A DNA stretch of 64,000 nt, taken from IMG/VR virus record IMGVR_UViG_3300008108_000201; one strand, written 5' to 3'. Below, piece after piece: positions 18,499-29,001 of this stretch. Every line of letters begins with the position of its first letter. Position 1 is the first letter of the stretch. Position numbers and translations under genes: made by a program. The notes below the pieces were generated by a model. The model searched no databases. It had not been told where the DNA came from and worked only from the letters and a program-made list of their open reading frames with translations. The stretch is from an uncultured virus (IMG/VR IMGVR_UViG_3300008108_000201) (Duplodnaviria; Heunggongvirae; Uroviricota; Caudoviricetes).

Positions 18499-19179
18499 GT
18501 GTGCATGGTTGACTCAATAGTTACAAAAAAGAAAAAACTCAAGAATCCTATCAAATTTCAGGTTACGCTCAATGAAGAGCAGAAATTAGCTAAAGCAACG
18601 ATTCTCAGGAACAAGATAACAGTTCTGAGAGGAGGTGCCGGATCGGGTAAATCGATGGTAGCCGCACAAGCAGCCCTAGATTTACTATTTACTAGACAGG
18701 TCGAGAAGGTTATTCTAACAAGACCTGCCGTAACTGCTGGTGAAGAGTTAGGTTTTATGCCTGGAGATAAGGACGCAAAACTCGCTCCCTACACGGCAGC
18801 CATATACGATAACATGTATAGGCTCTACAGTAAGGAGAAGATCGATAAAGAGATTATAGAAGGGAGAATTGAGGTAATTCCGGTGGCGTTTATGAGGGGT
18901 AGAAACCTAACAAACTGCTGTGTAGTAGTAGATGAGGGACAGAATATAACGCATCGACAAATGGAGTTGATACTTGGAAGAATATGTGAAGGAAGTAAAA
19001 TGGTTGTCTGTGGAGATGTTGCTCAAATTGACTTAAAAGATAAAAAACTATCAGGTTTTAATTTTATATGTAACAACTTGACAAGTGTTCCTGGTTTTGA
19101 AGTAGTAACATTAAAGACTAATCACCGTGATCCGATTGTAGAGGATATCTTAAAAATTTACATCGATCATAGAGACTAA
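18499..19179 (+). CDS. phoH: PhoH-family ATPase (start may be ATG 18505)
   Basis: Walker A GGAGSGKS, ILTRPAV, LGFMPGD, FMRGR, VDEGQN, GDVAQIDL, HRDPIV. Confidence 0.92.
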   Translation: MCMVDSIVTKKKKLKNPIKFQVTLNEEQKLAKATILRNKITVLRGGAGSGKSMVAAQAALDLLFTRQVEKVILTRPAVTAGEELGFMPGDKDAKLAPYTAAIYDNMYRLYSKEKIDKEIIEGRIEVIPVAFMRGRNLTNCCVVVDEGQNITHRQMELILGRICEGSKMVVCGDVAQIDLKDKKLSGFNFICNNLTSVPGFEVVTLKTNHRDPIVEDILKIYIDHRD

Positions 19180-19184
19180 AAAAC

Positions 19185-20378
19185 ATGGCAAACCCTATTA
19201 TTTACGACGGATCACCAGGGCCAATATCAGGTAGTACACCATTTGGCTTTTACGATAACGATCCGGAATATCAGAACGACGGTCCAAAAGTTGCTAACTA
19301 CTGTGCACGAAAATTAGGCTACCCAGTACTAGATGTCGAACTTGACGATCTCAACATTTACGCATGTTTTGAAGAGGCAGTATCAATCTATGCTGAAGAG
19401 CTTTATCAACTTAAGATAAAAGATAACTACCTAACTCTTGAAGGACAGCCTACTGCTTCACTTTTAAATAACACTGTAGTATCTCCTAACTTAACCAACA
19501 TGGTTAACATAGCAGAAACCTACGGACAGGTAGCAGGAGTGGGAGGATTTGTAAGTTGGAAAAGCGGTTCTTTAGATCTTCTACCTGGACAGCAAAACTA
19601 TAACGTGTATGATTGGGCTGTTGCATCACAGAGCATGGATCCAGGAGATAGAATTATCATTCAGAGAATAATGTACCAAGCTCCTCCTGCTATTTACGGG
19701 TACGGGTATGGCGCCTACTACCCACAGCTTGGAGGATCGGGTGCATGGCCTGGCGATTGGGGCGGATATGGCGGTATGGGATATGGAGGAAATAATAGTG
19801 TAACTTACTACCCTGTATTTTGGGATATTCAGAGAATTCAAGAGCTAGAAATGTCAAACGACGTACGTCTACCTGAATGGTCTTTTGAATTGATCGGTAC
19901 TAACTTGAGAATAACACCTGTACCTTTAGGAGGCAACTATGGAGGTTACAGACAGTGTGTATCTATCCAGTATGCATTCCAGTCAGACTTAATGTCCCTT
20001 ACTGAAAACAGTCCATACGGTAGTAATCAGGGGCTAGTAGCAAATCCTGCATTAGCACCATACGGCCTTATTACCTACTCAGATATCAATCAACCAGGTA
20101 AGCAATGGATCAAGGAGTATACTGCTGCCCTAACATCTGAATTATTAGGCTTGATACGTGGAAAATACCAGACTGTTTTGATTCCCGGTGCTGAAGCTAC
20201 ACTCAACTACAACGACTTAATCACACGCGGTAAAGAGATGCAAGTGGCTTTGCGTGAAAAATTGAGGACTGATCTTGAGGATATGTCTAGACAAAAGCAA
20301 CTTGAAAGAAAACAGTCAGAGAACAATTCTTTGAGTGATACATTGAATAATATACCGTTGATGGTTTATATAGGATAA
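19185..20378 (+). CDS. Neck/head-tail adaptor protein (T4 gp13-like)
   Basis: RKLGYPVLDVEL, WIKEYTAAL, LGLIRGKY and a C-terminal PLMVYIG; position after the capsid gene. Confidence 0.75.
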   Translation: MANPIIYDGSPGPISGSTPFGFYDNDPEYQNDGPKVANYCARKLGYPVLDVELDDLNIYACFEEAVSIYAEELYQLKIKDNYLTLEGQPTASLLNNTVVSPNLTNMVNIAETYGQVAGVGGFVSWKSGSLDLLPGQQNYNVYDWAVASQSMDPGDRIIIQRIMYQAPPAIYGYGYGAYYPQLGGSGAWPGDWGGYGGMGYGGNNSVTYYPVFWDIQRIQELEMSNDVRLPEWSFELIGTNLRITPVPLGGNYGGYRQCVSIQYAFQSDLMSLTENSPYGSNQGLVANPALAPYGLITYSDINQPGKQWIKEYTAALTSELLGLIRGKYQTVLIPGAEATLNYNDLITRGKEMQVALREKLRTDLEDMSRQKQLERKQSENNSLSDTLNNIPLMVYIG

Positions 20379-20380
20379 CT

Positions 20381-20875
20381 ATGGCATTATTTGGAACAGT
20401 CAGAGATGCAAATATGCAATTTGGTGTAGCAGCCGAATTTGTAAATAACGTAGTCACCCAGCAAATAGGGTATTATAAGGTAGTTCTCCCTGCAACTCCG
20501 CCAAATATGTATGGTGAAGCATTCGTCAAGCAGTATATAGGGCCAGTACTCTTGAACTGTTTGATAGTGAGAGGAGACTTTACAACTGTTACTGATAATA
20601 ATTTTGGTCCTGATAGTAGACGAGAAGTAGATTTCCGCTTTTTAAAACCAGATCTTGAAGCAGCTAACGTAGTGCCTGAAACAGGAGACATTATAATGTA
20701 TAACGAACTCTACTACGAAGTAGATAATACAAACGAAAATCAGCTATTCCTCGGAAAGAACCCTGATTACTCGTATTCAGCAGGATTAAACAACTTCGGC
20801 GGTAGCTTCTCAATTATTCTTAACACCCATATGACTTCACCAGAAAGATTGGGTATAACACAACAGAGACTCTAA
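20381..20875 (+). CDS. Probable neck/head-closure protein (gp14-like)
   Basis: NMYGEA and PETGDIIMYNELYYEV motifs; lies between gp13-like and gp15-like genes. Confidence 0.6.
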   Translation: MALFGTVRDANMQFGVAAEFVNNVVTQQIGYYKVVLPATPPNMYGEAFVKQYIGPVLLNCLIVRGDFTTVTDNNFGPDSRREVDFRFLKPDLEAANVVPETGDIIMYNELYYEVDNTNENQLFLGKNPDYSYSAGLNNFGGSFSIILNTHMTSPERLGITQQRL

Positions 20876-20876
20876 T

Positions 20877-21737
20877 ATGTCGCAGATTGTACGACCGCAG
20901 AATAGGAGAGAGTTTATGGATAAGCTCATTGTTCCGGCTGATCCTCAGTATGGAAATCCTAATCTCGTATTTTCTGAGCCATTTAAGCCCGGACAGCCTG
21001 AATTCAATAGAGCATACGAGACTGCATTTGAACCTATAGCAGACAAAAAATACTCAATAGGACTTGAGGATATTGATTTATCAATAATGTACCATTTTAC
21101 AAACGTTCTTAAGCTTACGGTATTTCAAAACAATTCTACGGTACTGGTTCCGATCATTTACGGATCTCCTGAAAAATGGAAATCAATTCAAAAGGATGGA
21201 TATTATCGCGATAATGCTGCAAGAATCATGTCTCCTCTGCTTGTCTTTAAAAGATCTTCAGTAGTTCAAAACCGTACTCTAGGAAATAAGATTGACGGTA
21301 ATGCTGCAAAAAATGTACAGCTCTACGAAAAGCCTTTTTCTAGAAAGAATATATACGATAACTTTAATGTTCTACAAAATCAAAAGCCGCAGAGAGAATA
21401 TACAGTAGTAGTAACTCCTGACTATGTCACTGTAAATTATACTGTTATAATGTGGACTAACTTTGTAGAACAAATGAACAAATTAATTGAAGCAGTTAAC
21501 TTTGCTTCTAATTCTTACTGGGGAGACCCCGATTCTTTTCAGTTTCTCGCTAAGACTGAAACGTTTAATGACGCCCAAGTCTACGAGCAAGGTGAGGATA
21601 GACTTGTAAGAACTGAATTTGATCTCACTGTAAACGGTTATTTGATTCCGGATTCACTGAATGCATATCTCGCACAGCTATCTGGAAAGACCTACAATAT
21701 CTGTAAAATAGTGTTTACCACCGAGCAGGTCCAGTAA
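20877..21737 (+). CDS. Probable tail terminator / sheath stabiliser (gp15-like)
   Basis: VPIIYGSPEKW, PDYVTVNY and QMNKLIE resemble gp15; synteny supports this. Confidence 0.65.
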   Translation: MSQIVRPQNRREFMDKLIVPADPQYGNPNLVFSEPFKPGQPEFNRAYETAFEPIADKKYSIGLEDIDLSIMYHFTNVLKLTVFQNNSTVLVPIIYGSPEKWKSIQKDGYYRDNAARIMSPLLVFKRSSVVQNRTLGNKIDGNAAKNVQLYEKPFSRKNIYDNFNVLQNQKPQREYTVVVTPDYVTVNYTVIMWTNFVEQMNKLIEAVNFASNSYWGDPDSFQFLAKTETFNDAQVYEQGEDRLVRTEFDLTVNGYLIPDSLNAYLAQLSGKTYNICKIVFTTEQVQ

Positions 21738-21791
21738 CGCCAGGTTGTTTATTGTTGCGGAATTAACTATTTATAAACAAATTTCTTAGGC

Positions 21792-23144
21792 GTGGCCAAT
21801 ACTATTTCACTCGCGGGTATATCACCCGGCCAAATAATTGAAGCCGATCAGCTCCAAAGGGTTATATATGCGTTGAACGGAGTAAGTGGTAGCGACATTA
21901 TAATGTCCGGCAGCCTAGGGGTTACCGGATCGGCCGAGTTTTCTAGTTCTGTAGTGTTTTTTGCAGGCGCAACTGGATCTTTATTTGGTACTTCTAGCTG
22001 GGCTCTCAACGCTATAACAGCATCTTACGCACTCAACGCTGCAGGAAGCGACACCGGATCCCTTCTCTTAACCGCTTCTTTCACCAACCCTTCTATTACT
22101 TTTACAAAAGGAAACGGAACTACTTTCTTAATTAACTTATCAACGTTAGTTCCAAACACAGCATCATATGCCCTCAATGCTGGTACTGCTTCATACTTTA
22201 GCGGTTCAATTTCAAACGCAATTTCCGCTTCTTATGCATTAAGTGCTTCATATTCGTTATTTGCAGCTACCGCTTCGTATGCTCAAATATTTCCTTTCAC
22301 TGGTTCAGCTATAATTAGCAGCAGTTTAAGTGTAACAGGTAGCGCAAATGTTACCGGTTCGTTATTCGTTAACGGATTACTAGTCGGTGCTGATACTGGC
22401 GCACAGTTAGCTATATGGCGATACACTTCAAGTCTCTTAACAGGAGTAGATCCTGGCCCCGGCTACTTTAGACTCAATGCAGTATGGTCCTCATCACCGA
22501 ATTCAGCATCTTTTGATAATTTTGCCTATAATCCAAGTGTTAGTTTCTCTGGCTACTTAGATAATCTTACTGTAGGTACTATAATTAAACTCGTTAGCCT
22601 TACCGAAGGCGGTACTTACAAGTTATTACAAATTACTAGCACTACTCCACCTGAAACCGGCTACGAAACATACGGAGTATCGCAGTTAACATCAGCAGGT
22701 AATGATCCTAATGATGGCGATCAATTCGCATTCATTCCTGTAGGTTCACCAGGTGTAGGCTTTGATACTATTGCCAATCCAGGTCCAGGTAGAGTGATTT
22801 TATCAGACGGATCTACCAACGCAGCCTCCGCTTCTGTAAATCTGATATTTACAGGCAGTAATTTTCTCGTAACCGGCTCTACGATTTTCAATGCAATACA
22901 AGGAGAAACCAATATTGTAACTGTAAGATCAGGTAGTGCTAACTACTTAACAATAAATACAGCTAGTTTTTTCGACATATATAGCAATCTGTTTAATGTA
23001 CGTAACCAAACTACACAGCAACCTGTATTAACTGTAAGTCAGAGTATAGTTCAAATAGCAACTCATTCAGTAGCACCAGCCGGTACAGCACCAAATGGGG
23101 GATTATATTTTACTTCTACGAGTTTCTACGTAGGTCTGGACTAA
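21792..23144 (+). CDS. Virion fibre/structural protein, Ser/Thr/Gly-rich
   Basis: GTG start; TASYA and SGS/TGS repeats; IFPFTGSA module shared with downstream fibre genes. Confidence 0.65.
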   Translation: MANTISLAGISPGQIIEADQLQRVIYALNGVSGSDIIMSGSLGVTGSAEFSSSVVFFAGATGSLFGTSSWALNAITASYALNAAGSDTGSLLLTASFTNPSITFTKGNGTTFLINLSTLVPNTASYALNAGTASYFSGSISNAISASYALSASYSLFAATASYAQIFPFTGSAIISSSLSVTGSANVTGSLFVNGLLVGADTGAQLAIWRYTSSLLTGVDPGPGYFRLNAVWSSSPNSASFDNFAYNPSVSFSGYLDNLTVGTIIKLVSLTEGGTYKLLQITSTTPPETGYETYGVSQLTSAGNDPNDGDQFAFIPVGSPGVGFDTIANPGPGRVILSDGSTNAASASVNLIFTGSNFLVTGSTIFNAIQGETNIVTVRSGSANYLTINTASFFDIYSNLFNVRNQTTQQPVLTVSQSIVQIATHSVAPAGTAPNGGLYFTSTSFYVGLD

Positions 23145-23180
23145 AAATAACTATTTATTACCGTAAAACCTTAAATCAAA

Positions 23181-24551
23181 ATGGCAAATTGGAAAAAAGT
23201 CGTAGTATCGGGTAGTGCAGCCGAACTAGATAGTCTCAGAATAGCAAATAACGGGCTAGTAGTAACCGGATCGGTGAAAGCTGGTCTGAGTAATTCAAAC
23301 CAAGCTAACATCGTTTCTTACGATACAGCAACTGGCCAGTTCTTCTATCAAGGAACCGGTTCATTTACTGCAACTACTGCTTCTTATATCCTAAGCTCTG
23401 GTGTTGATGGTCCTCTAGGAATGAATAGCATTGCTAGCGCTTCACAAGCACTTACTGCATCTCTTGCTCTAAGAACTACTGGAAGTCTTTCTCAAGTAGC
23501 AAGTAGAGGTATTGCACCATTTAGCTTTGACGGTAGTACAAACGTGCAAATCGAAGTAAGCGGTGCTGCTCAATTAAATAACAATCAAATTACAAAATGG
23601 GATTCTACAGATGGTAAGTTTGTGAATTCTAGTGTATTTGATAACGGTACTTACGTTTACGGTAGCACTAGCCTGAGATTTACAGGTACAGAAACACAGC
23701 TCACAGGTTCGTTTACAGGTTCATTTGCCGGCGAATTCGTAGGAGTTACCAACCTACCTGATTTAACTCAAGGTACTGGTATTACAGCCTTTACTTATGA
23801 CGGTGGTGCAACTGCTACTGTAGCAGTATCTGGAGCCTCTAGCTTAACAACTGATAAGATTACAAAATGGACCGGTGATGCATTTGCAAATACCAGTCTT
23901 TCTGATAACGGAACAGTAGTCAGCGGTGCTAGTTCAATTCAATTGACCGGAACTAATTCAAGCCTAACCGGTTCATTTACCGGATCATTCAAAGGCGACG
24001 GATCTCAGTTGACCGGACTAGTAACGACCTTGAAGATTACCGGTTCTTATTCTACAGAACCTTCAACCTTTACCACTGTTGATCTCCTCAACCAAGGATT
24101 AACAATTGCAGGTACACTCAATGAGATCAACGTTACTGCTTCTGCACAAACAGTAACTATCGGACTACCTGGATATGTTGAAGTAACCGACCTAACTGTT
24201 AATAACAACTTAGTTGTACTTGGTACTGCTAGCTTCCAAAATACAACTAACTTAGAGATCAAAGATAGATTCATCCTCTTAGCTTCTGGTTCAAATACGC
24301 CCGGCGATGGAGGTTTAGTTGTACAGCAAGCAACTCAAGACGTAGGAGAGCTATTCGGATTCGATAACGGAACCCAAAGATGGGCTGTAACAGGATCATT
24401 CAACGCTTCTCTTTCATCTTTCACACCTGATGCATTCATGGCAGCAGTAGTAGAGGGAGCTAGCGGAGATCCAACCACAGCACCTGCTAAGTATGTAGCA
24501 AAAGGTAATATATTCGTAGGAAGCGATGAAACAATTTGGATTTATTCTTAA
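23181..24551 (+). CDS. Virion fibre/structural protein
   Basis: N-terminus MANWKKVVVSGS; internal duplication (ITKWD..KFVNSS / ITKWT..AFANTS); LTGSFTGSF repeats. Confidence 0.65.
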   Translation: MANWKKVVVSGSAAELDSLRIANNGLVVTGSVKAGLSNSNQANIVSYDTATGQFFYQGTGSFTATTASYILSSGVDGPLGMNSIASASQALTASLALRTTGSLSQVASRGIAPFSFDGSTNVQIEVSGAAQLNNNQITKWDSTDGKFVNSSVFDNGTYVYGSTSLRFTGTETQLTGSFTGSFAGEFVGVTNLPDLTQGTGITAFTYDGGATATVAVSGASSLTTDKITKWTGDAFANTSLSDNGTVVSGASSIQLTGTNSSLTGSFTGSFKGDGSQLTGLVTTLKITGSYSTEPSTFTTVDLLNQGLTIAGTLNEINVTASAQTVTIGLPGYVEVTDLTVNNNLVVLGTASFQNTTNLEIKDRFILLASGSNTPGDGGLVVQQATQDVGELFGFDNGTQRWAVTGSFNASLSSFTPDAFMAAVVEGASGDPTTAPAKYVAKGNIFVGSDETIWIYS

Positions 24552-24573
24552 TAGGTTTTTAAAAAAGATAGTT

Positions 24574-24780
24574 ATGGGGTTTAACGCAAGAAATCTAACT
24601 GTAAATAACAACAGCGTAGAGGAGCCCAAACCGGCTCCTTTACCTGTTTTAAATTTAAAAAAAGACGAAGTTGAGCATCTTTTGAATCTCGTTCGAGAAT
24701 CTCATTTTAAAGGAGAACACGTTCAAAAAATCTTTGAACTCGTGTTAAAACTACAGGATTACTATATTAAGCTTCCCTGA
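24574..24780 (+). CDS. Small hypothetical protein, possible fibre chaperone
   Basis: ORF track 24526..24780; ATG 24574 after the upstream stop is the likelier start. Confidence 0.55.
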   Translation: MGFNARNLTVNNNSVEEPKPAPLPVLNLKKDEVEHLLNLVRESHFKGEHVQKIFELVLKLQDYYIKLP

Positions 24781-24890
24781 TTCTCTGCTATTTATATTAA
24801 GGACAGCACTGTTGGCCCGGTAAGGGAAGTAGGCGTATACACGGCATAAGTGTATGTATCTAACCGCAGAAGAAACTGTCACAATATAGT

Positions 24891-27800
24891 ATGCCAAATT
24901 GGAAAAAACTCATTGTCAGTGGATCAGATGCATCACTGAATTCTCTCGTAGTAGCTACAAACGTCAATGCCCAGTCCTTTACAGGATCACTGTTTGGTAC
25001 TTCTAGCTGGGCGTTAAACGCTACTACTGCCTCTTTTGTTACTGCATCCAACGTATATGGCCCTTATGGAGCAAGTAGCGTATTGAGTGCTTCTTACGCA
25101 CAGACTGCTTCTTATGCCGTAAATATTACAGTATCAGGAGCTATACAAAATGTAGACTATATTGATTTCGATACTACAGCTAGCTACACACTTGCAGAAG
25201 GAAGGCTAGGATGGGATAGTGGAGATGGAACATTACAATTAGGTTTAGCTGGCGGAACCGTACAGTACTCTGTCGGTGAAACGCTTTATGCATATGTATA
25301 TAATGCAGAAGCAACCACTCTGACAAAAGGACAGGCAGTCTATATTTCCGGATCACAAGGAAACAGGGTTGCCGTCAAATTAGCAAACGATTCCGGAGAT
25401 CCTTCTTCTGCAGGAACATTAGGGTTAGTTGCCGAAACTATTGCTGCAGGAGGTACAGGATGGGTAATTACTGAAGGTCCTTTAAGAAAGCTAAACACCC
25501 TAGGATTGACAGCAGGAAAGCTCGTTTTCCTCAGTTCTACCCCAGGGGACTACACTCAGACACCTCCCACTGCCCCAAGCCATAGTGTAAGACTAGGATA
25601 CGTAGAAAGAGTTAGTGCAACAGTAGGATCAATTTTCGTTAAGGTCGATAATGGGTATGAAATAGGAGAACTTCACGATGTAGTAGATAACACAACAACA
25701 TCTTCATACGGCGATTTACTTATTAAGAGCGGTAGTGTTTGGATTAATTCAAAACAACTTACCGGCTCCTACACATTAACAGGTTCGTTAAGTACAAGCG
25801 GTTCAAATGTCTTTATTGGTAACCAAACAGTAACTGGTAGTTTATTTACTAGCGGATCAAATACATTAATTGGATCTACAACATTAACCGGTAGTTTAAA
25901 TATTACTGGATCTACTACTCAAGTAGGTAATAACAACCTAGTAGGTAATACATCGCTATCTGGAAGCCTGACTATATCAGGATCTCAAGGCGCCTCAACA
26001 CCAACTATTAATATTTTTGGTGACATAGAGCAGACAGGTTATACTAGATTCCTTCCAGTAACAACAAATATAAACACATCAATATCTGCCTCTTACATTT
26101 ATGTAAGTGGAACTACAAATGACTTATATTTCTCTCAAAATGGAGCTGGATATAGTAATACAACTCGTTTACGTTGGTTAGAAGGTAATTTATACACAGG
26201 TTTATTAAACGGCGGTGTAATTACCTCACAATCATCCACAGTTTACCAGATATCAAGTGGTAGCGGTATTATAGTTAATTTAAACGCAAGTTTAAATGAT
26301 AATCCATACCCTACAGTCCAATACTTAAACTGGCCTAATCTTTCAGCTAGTATTGCTCCTTTTACAGCATCTTATGACCAAGCATTTGTTGGTATTGATT
26401 CAACAAACAACATTTTTGCTCAAGGAACACCTTTCTCTAACGGCCAATTTGATACTGTAATAAACATTGGTAACGTACTATTCCAAAACGGATCTACAAT
26501 TAATGGTTTTAAAACACAACCTTCTGTAGCATATGGTTTTGAACAATCACAAAATGTATTTAATAGAGCATTTGGACCATTAAAATTATCTGGTTATACT
26601 TTATCTCCTAGTGGATCAAGTACAGGAAGTTTAATAGTAGGAAGCGGTACTGCTTATGCACCTGGGTCTAATTACACAATAGATCCAAATGAACCTTATT
26701 ATACAGTTGACTCTGGTACTAATATATCTAAAATATTTAGATACTATCAATCAGGATCTAGCTGGGTTTATAATACAAATGCTGGTGCTGGTTTTACAAC
26801 TGTAGATCCAACTCAATATTCTAATAATGGTGTTTTAACAAACGTAGGCGCCGGTAACTGGTCTGTTCAAAGAGTGTTCTGGTTCCCTAATAGTGTAACT
26901 AAAGCAATAGTGGTTTACTACGGTAACGCCATTTATGCTACTGAAAATGATGCTCTTGCAAACATCCCGTTTGAATCGTTTGTTGAAGCACCAAATACAG
27001 CAGCTAATGCTATTTACCTTGGAGCTATTGTAATTAACGGTAGCGGTGTATTTACAAACCCTAGTACTTTTACAATCTACCCCGGAGGCCTATTTAGGCA
27101 AGTAGGAGGATCTGGAGGCGGAGGATCAGTAGTAACACAAACACTATCCGGCCTGTCTGACGTTAACATATCTGGACCAACTGATTACCAACCTCTAGTT
27201 TACAGTACAACTCAAGCAAAATGGATTAACGCATCCTTTATCAGTGCTTCTATTTCAGGAAATGCAGCTACAGCAACAACTGCTTCCTACGTACTAAACG
27301 CAGTATCGGCATCGTTTGCAACTAGTGCGTCTTATGCCCTTTCAAGCTCTTATGCCTTGAATGCGACTTCTGCATCAAGTGTAACTGGAGGTACAACAAA
27401 TTACGTAGCTCTTTGGAAAACAAATACAGCATTAAGCCGTAGTGCTTTTTATCAAGACCCAAATAACAATAACTACGTAGGTTTATTTACTAACGCACCT
27501 TCTTACAGTCTGGATGTTCTCGGGGACGTAAGAGCACAAGTAGACTTGCGCGGTGAAGCTAAGGTATATTTCCCGAACCTAGCAGAAGGATCTCCGTCTA
27601 CAGATGTATTGATCTGGGATTCAGCTGTCGGCCAACTCTACCGTACCGGATCCAGCGGATTAAGCGTAGGTAGTGCCTCCTTCGCCACTTCTGCATCTAG
27701 AGCAATTAGTTCAGCAACAGCTTCTTATGTATTACAGTCTATATCTGCATCTTATGCAGCTACAGCCTCTTCAGCAGATAACTTTACTATTAGAAATAAC

Positions 27801-28769
27801 TTCTTTGTACCTTCAATAAGTGATCAAAGGATATTGTATAAATCAGGAAGCGCAGTAACTGGGTCAAATGATTTTACTTGGAATTACACCTCAAATCAAT
27901 TAACAATCAACGGAGGTGCTGCTTCCGGACAGATACAAGTTAATCCATTAGGCGTAGACGGCGTTTATTTAGGTGCTAGAGCTGGAATAACTGCAGGAGA
28001 AGCAGGTCTTTATAGCGCTAACAGCGATCAATCAATCGCACTCTATGATCCTGGTGTAAACAGCTACTATTACAGTAACGGTAATTATAAGTTTGACGGT
28101 AATATCCATCAATTTACAGGATCTGCAGCAATCACTCAAAACGTTACCGCCTCTAATGCACTTATTACAGGTACAATTACGGCACAGACCCTCGTTGTAC
28201 AGACTGTCACTTCTTCAATCGTTTATTCTTCAGGTAGTAACAGGTTCGGTAATCAGTTAAGTGATACACAGCAGTTTACAGGATCGGTATCTATTACTGG
28301 ATCTCTGGCCGCAAGCCTGACTAATGTTGATCAAACTAATATCGTAGGCTATAATACGTCTACCGGTCAATTATTCTATCAATCTACAAGTTCACTAAGT
28401 GTCACTTCGGCATCCTATGCTGCTACAGCAAGCTATGCTACCGTATTTAACATCTCATCTTCACTATACTCTGCAGGAGCAAGAACAGCACCGGCCGGGG
28501 CAGAAACAGCTATCATAACCCTGAATACAGGGTCATATACAGCTGCATTCTTTGATTACACAGTATCATCAGGATCAAATGCTAGGGCCGGTACAGTAAT
28601 GTCGGTGTGGAATGGTGCAAGCGTTCAATATACAGATAATTCAACACTTGATATTGGAGGTACTTCTGATATTACGTTGAAGGTAGAAGTAGGAGGTGCT
28701 AACGCCCAGCTAGTAGCTACAACAACGACATCTGCTTGGACGGTGAAAACAACCTACAGATTAATATAA
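24891..28769 (+). CDS. Long tail fibre / virion structural protein (1292 aa)
   Basis: N-terminus MPNWKKLIVSGS, paralogous to 23181; TASY repeats; ELHDV and LSDV fibre motifs; beta-rich. Confidence 0.7.
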   Translation: MPNWKKLIVSGSDASLNSLVVATNVNAQSFTGSLFGTSSWALNATTASFVTASNVYGPYGASSVLSASYAQTASYAVNITVSGAIQNVDYIDFDTTASYTLAEGRLGWDSGDGTLQLGLAGGTVQYSVGETLYAYVYNAEATTLTKGQAVYISGSQGNRVAVKLANDSGDPSSAGTLGLVAETIAAGGTGWVITEGPLRKLNTLGLTAGKLVFLSSTPGDYTQTPPTAPSHSVRLGYVERVSATVGSIFVKVDNGYEIGELHDVVDNTTTSSYGDLLIKSGSVWINSKQLTGSYTLTGSLSTSGSNVFIGNQTVTGSLFTSGSNTLIGSTTLTGSLNITGSTTQVGNNNLVGNTSLSGSLTISGSQGASTPTINIFGDIEQTGYTRFLPVTTNINTSISASYIYVSGTTNDLYFSQNGAGYSNTTRLRWLEGNLYTGLLNGGVITSQSSTVYQISSGSGIIVNLNASLNDNPYPTVQYLNWPNLSASIAPFTASYDQAFVGIDSTNNIFAQGTPFSNGQFDTVINIGNVLFQNGSTINGFKTQPSVAYGFEQSQNVFNRAFGPLKLSGYTLSPSGSSTGSLIVGSGTAYAPGSNYTIDPNEPYYTVDSGTNISKIFRYYQSGSSWVYNTNAGAGFTTVDPTQYSNNGVLTNVGAGNWSVQRVFWFPNSVTKAIVVYYGNAIYATENDALANIPFESFVEAPNTAANAIYLGAIVINGSGVFTNPSTFTIYPGGLFRQVGGSGGGGSVVTQTLSGLSDVNISGPTDYQPLVYSTTQAKWINASFISASISGNAATATTASYVLNAVSASFATSASYALSSSYALNATSASSVTGGTTNYVALWKTNTALSRSAFYQDPNNNNYVGLFTNAPSYSLDVLGDVRAQVDLRGEAKVYFPNLAEGSPSTDVLIWDSAVGQLYRTGSSGLSVGSASFATSASRAISSATASYVLQSISASYAATASSADNFTIRNNFFVPSISDQRILYKSGSAVTGSNDFTWNYTSNQLTINGGAASGQIQVNPLGVDGVYLGARAGITAGEAGLYSANSDQSIALYDPGVNSYYYSNGNYKFDGNIHQFTGSAAITQNVTASNALITGTITAQTLVVQTVTSSIVYSSGSNRFGNQLSDTQQFTGSVSITGSLAASLTNVDQTNIVGYNTSTGQLFYQSTSSLSVTSASYAATASYATVFNISSSLYSAGARTAPAGAETAIITLNTGSYTAAFFDYTVSSGSNARAGTVMSVWNGASVQYTDNSTLDIGGTSDITLKVEVGGANAQLVATTTTSAWTVKTTYRLI

Positions 28770-28774
28770 AGCTT

Positions 28775-28948
28775 ATGTATCAAGTACAAATGGAATTTAT
28801 TCCAGGTAATGATCAAATTTGGGTAGCACGTCTCAATCCAAACGATCCGGTATATGAATACCCGACCCTTATGGAAGCAGAAGCAAAAGCATTTGAGTTA
28901 GAAAGTGCCGATCCAACCAATAGAAAGTATAGAGTTGTAGAGGTATAA
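28775..28948 (+). CDS. Small hypothetical protein
   Basis: ATG at 28775 just after the fibre stop; MYQVQMEFIPGNDQIW...RKYRVVEV. Confidence 0.6.
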   Translation: MYQVQMEFIPGNDQIWVARLNPNDPVYEYPTLMEAEAKAFELESADPTNRKYRVVEV

Positions 28949-29001
28949 CTATTTATATACAAAACCCCTATCTCAGGGAAAGTGAACTGAGATGATATAA
29001 T

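Noticed and set aside
18499..19179. PhoH as a novel auxiliary gene
   Set aside because: PhoH is widespread in large aquatic phages; nothing unusual here apart from its position.
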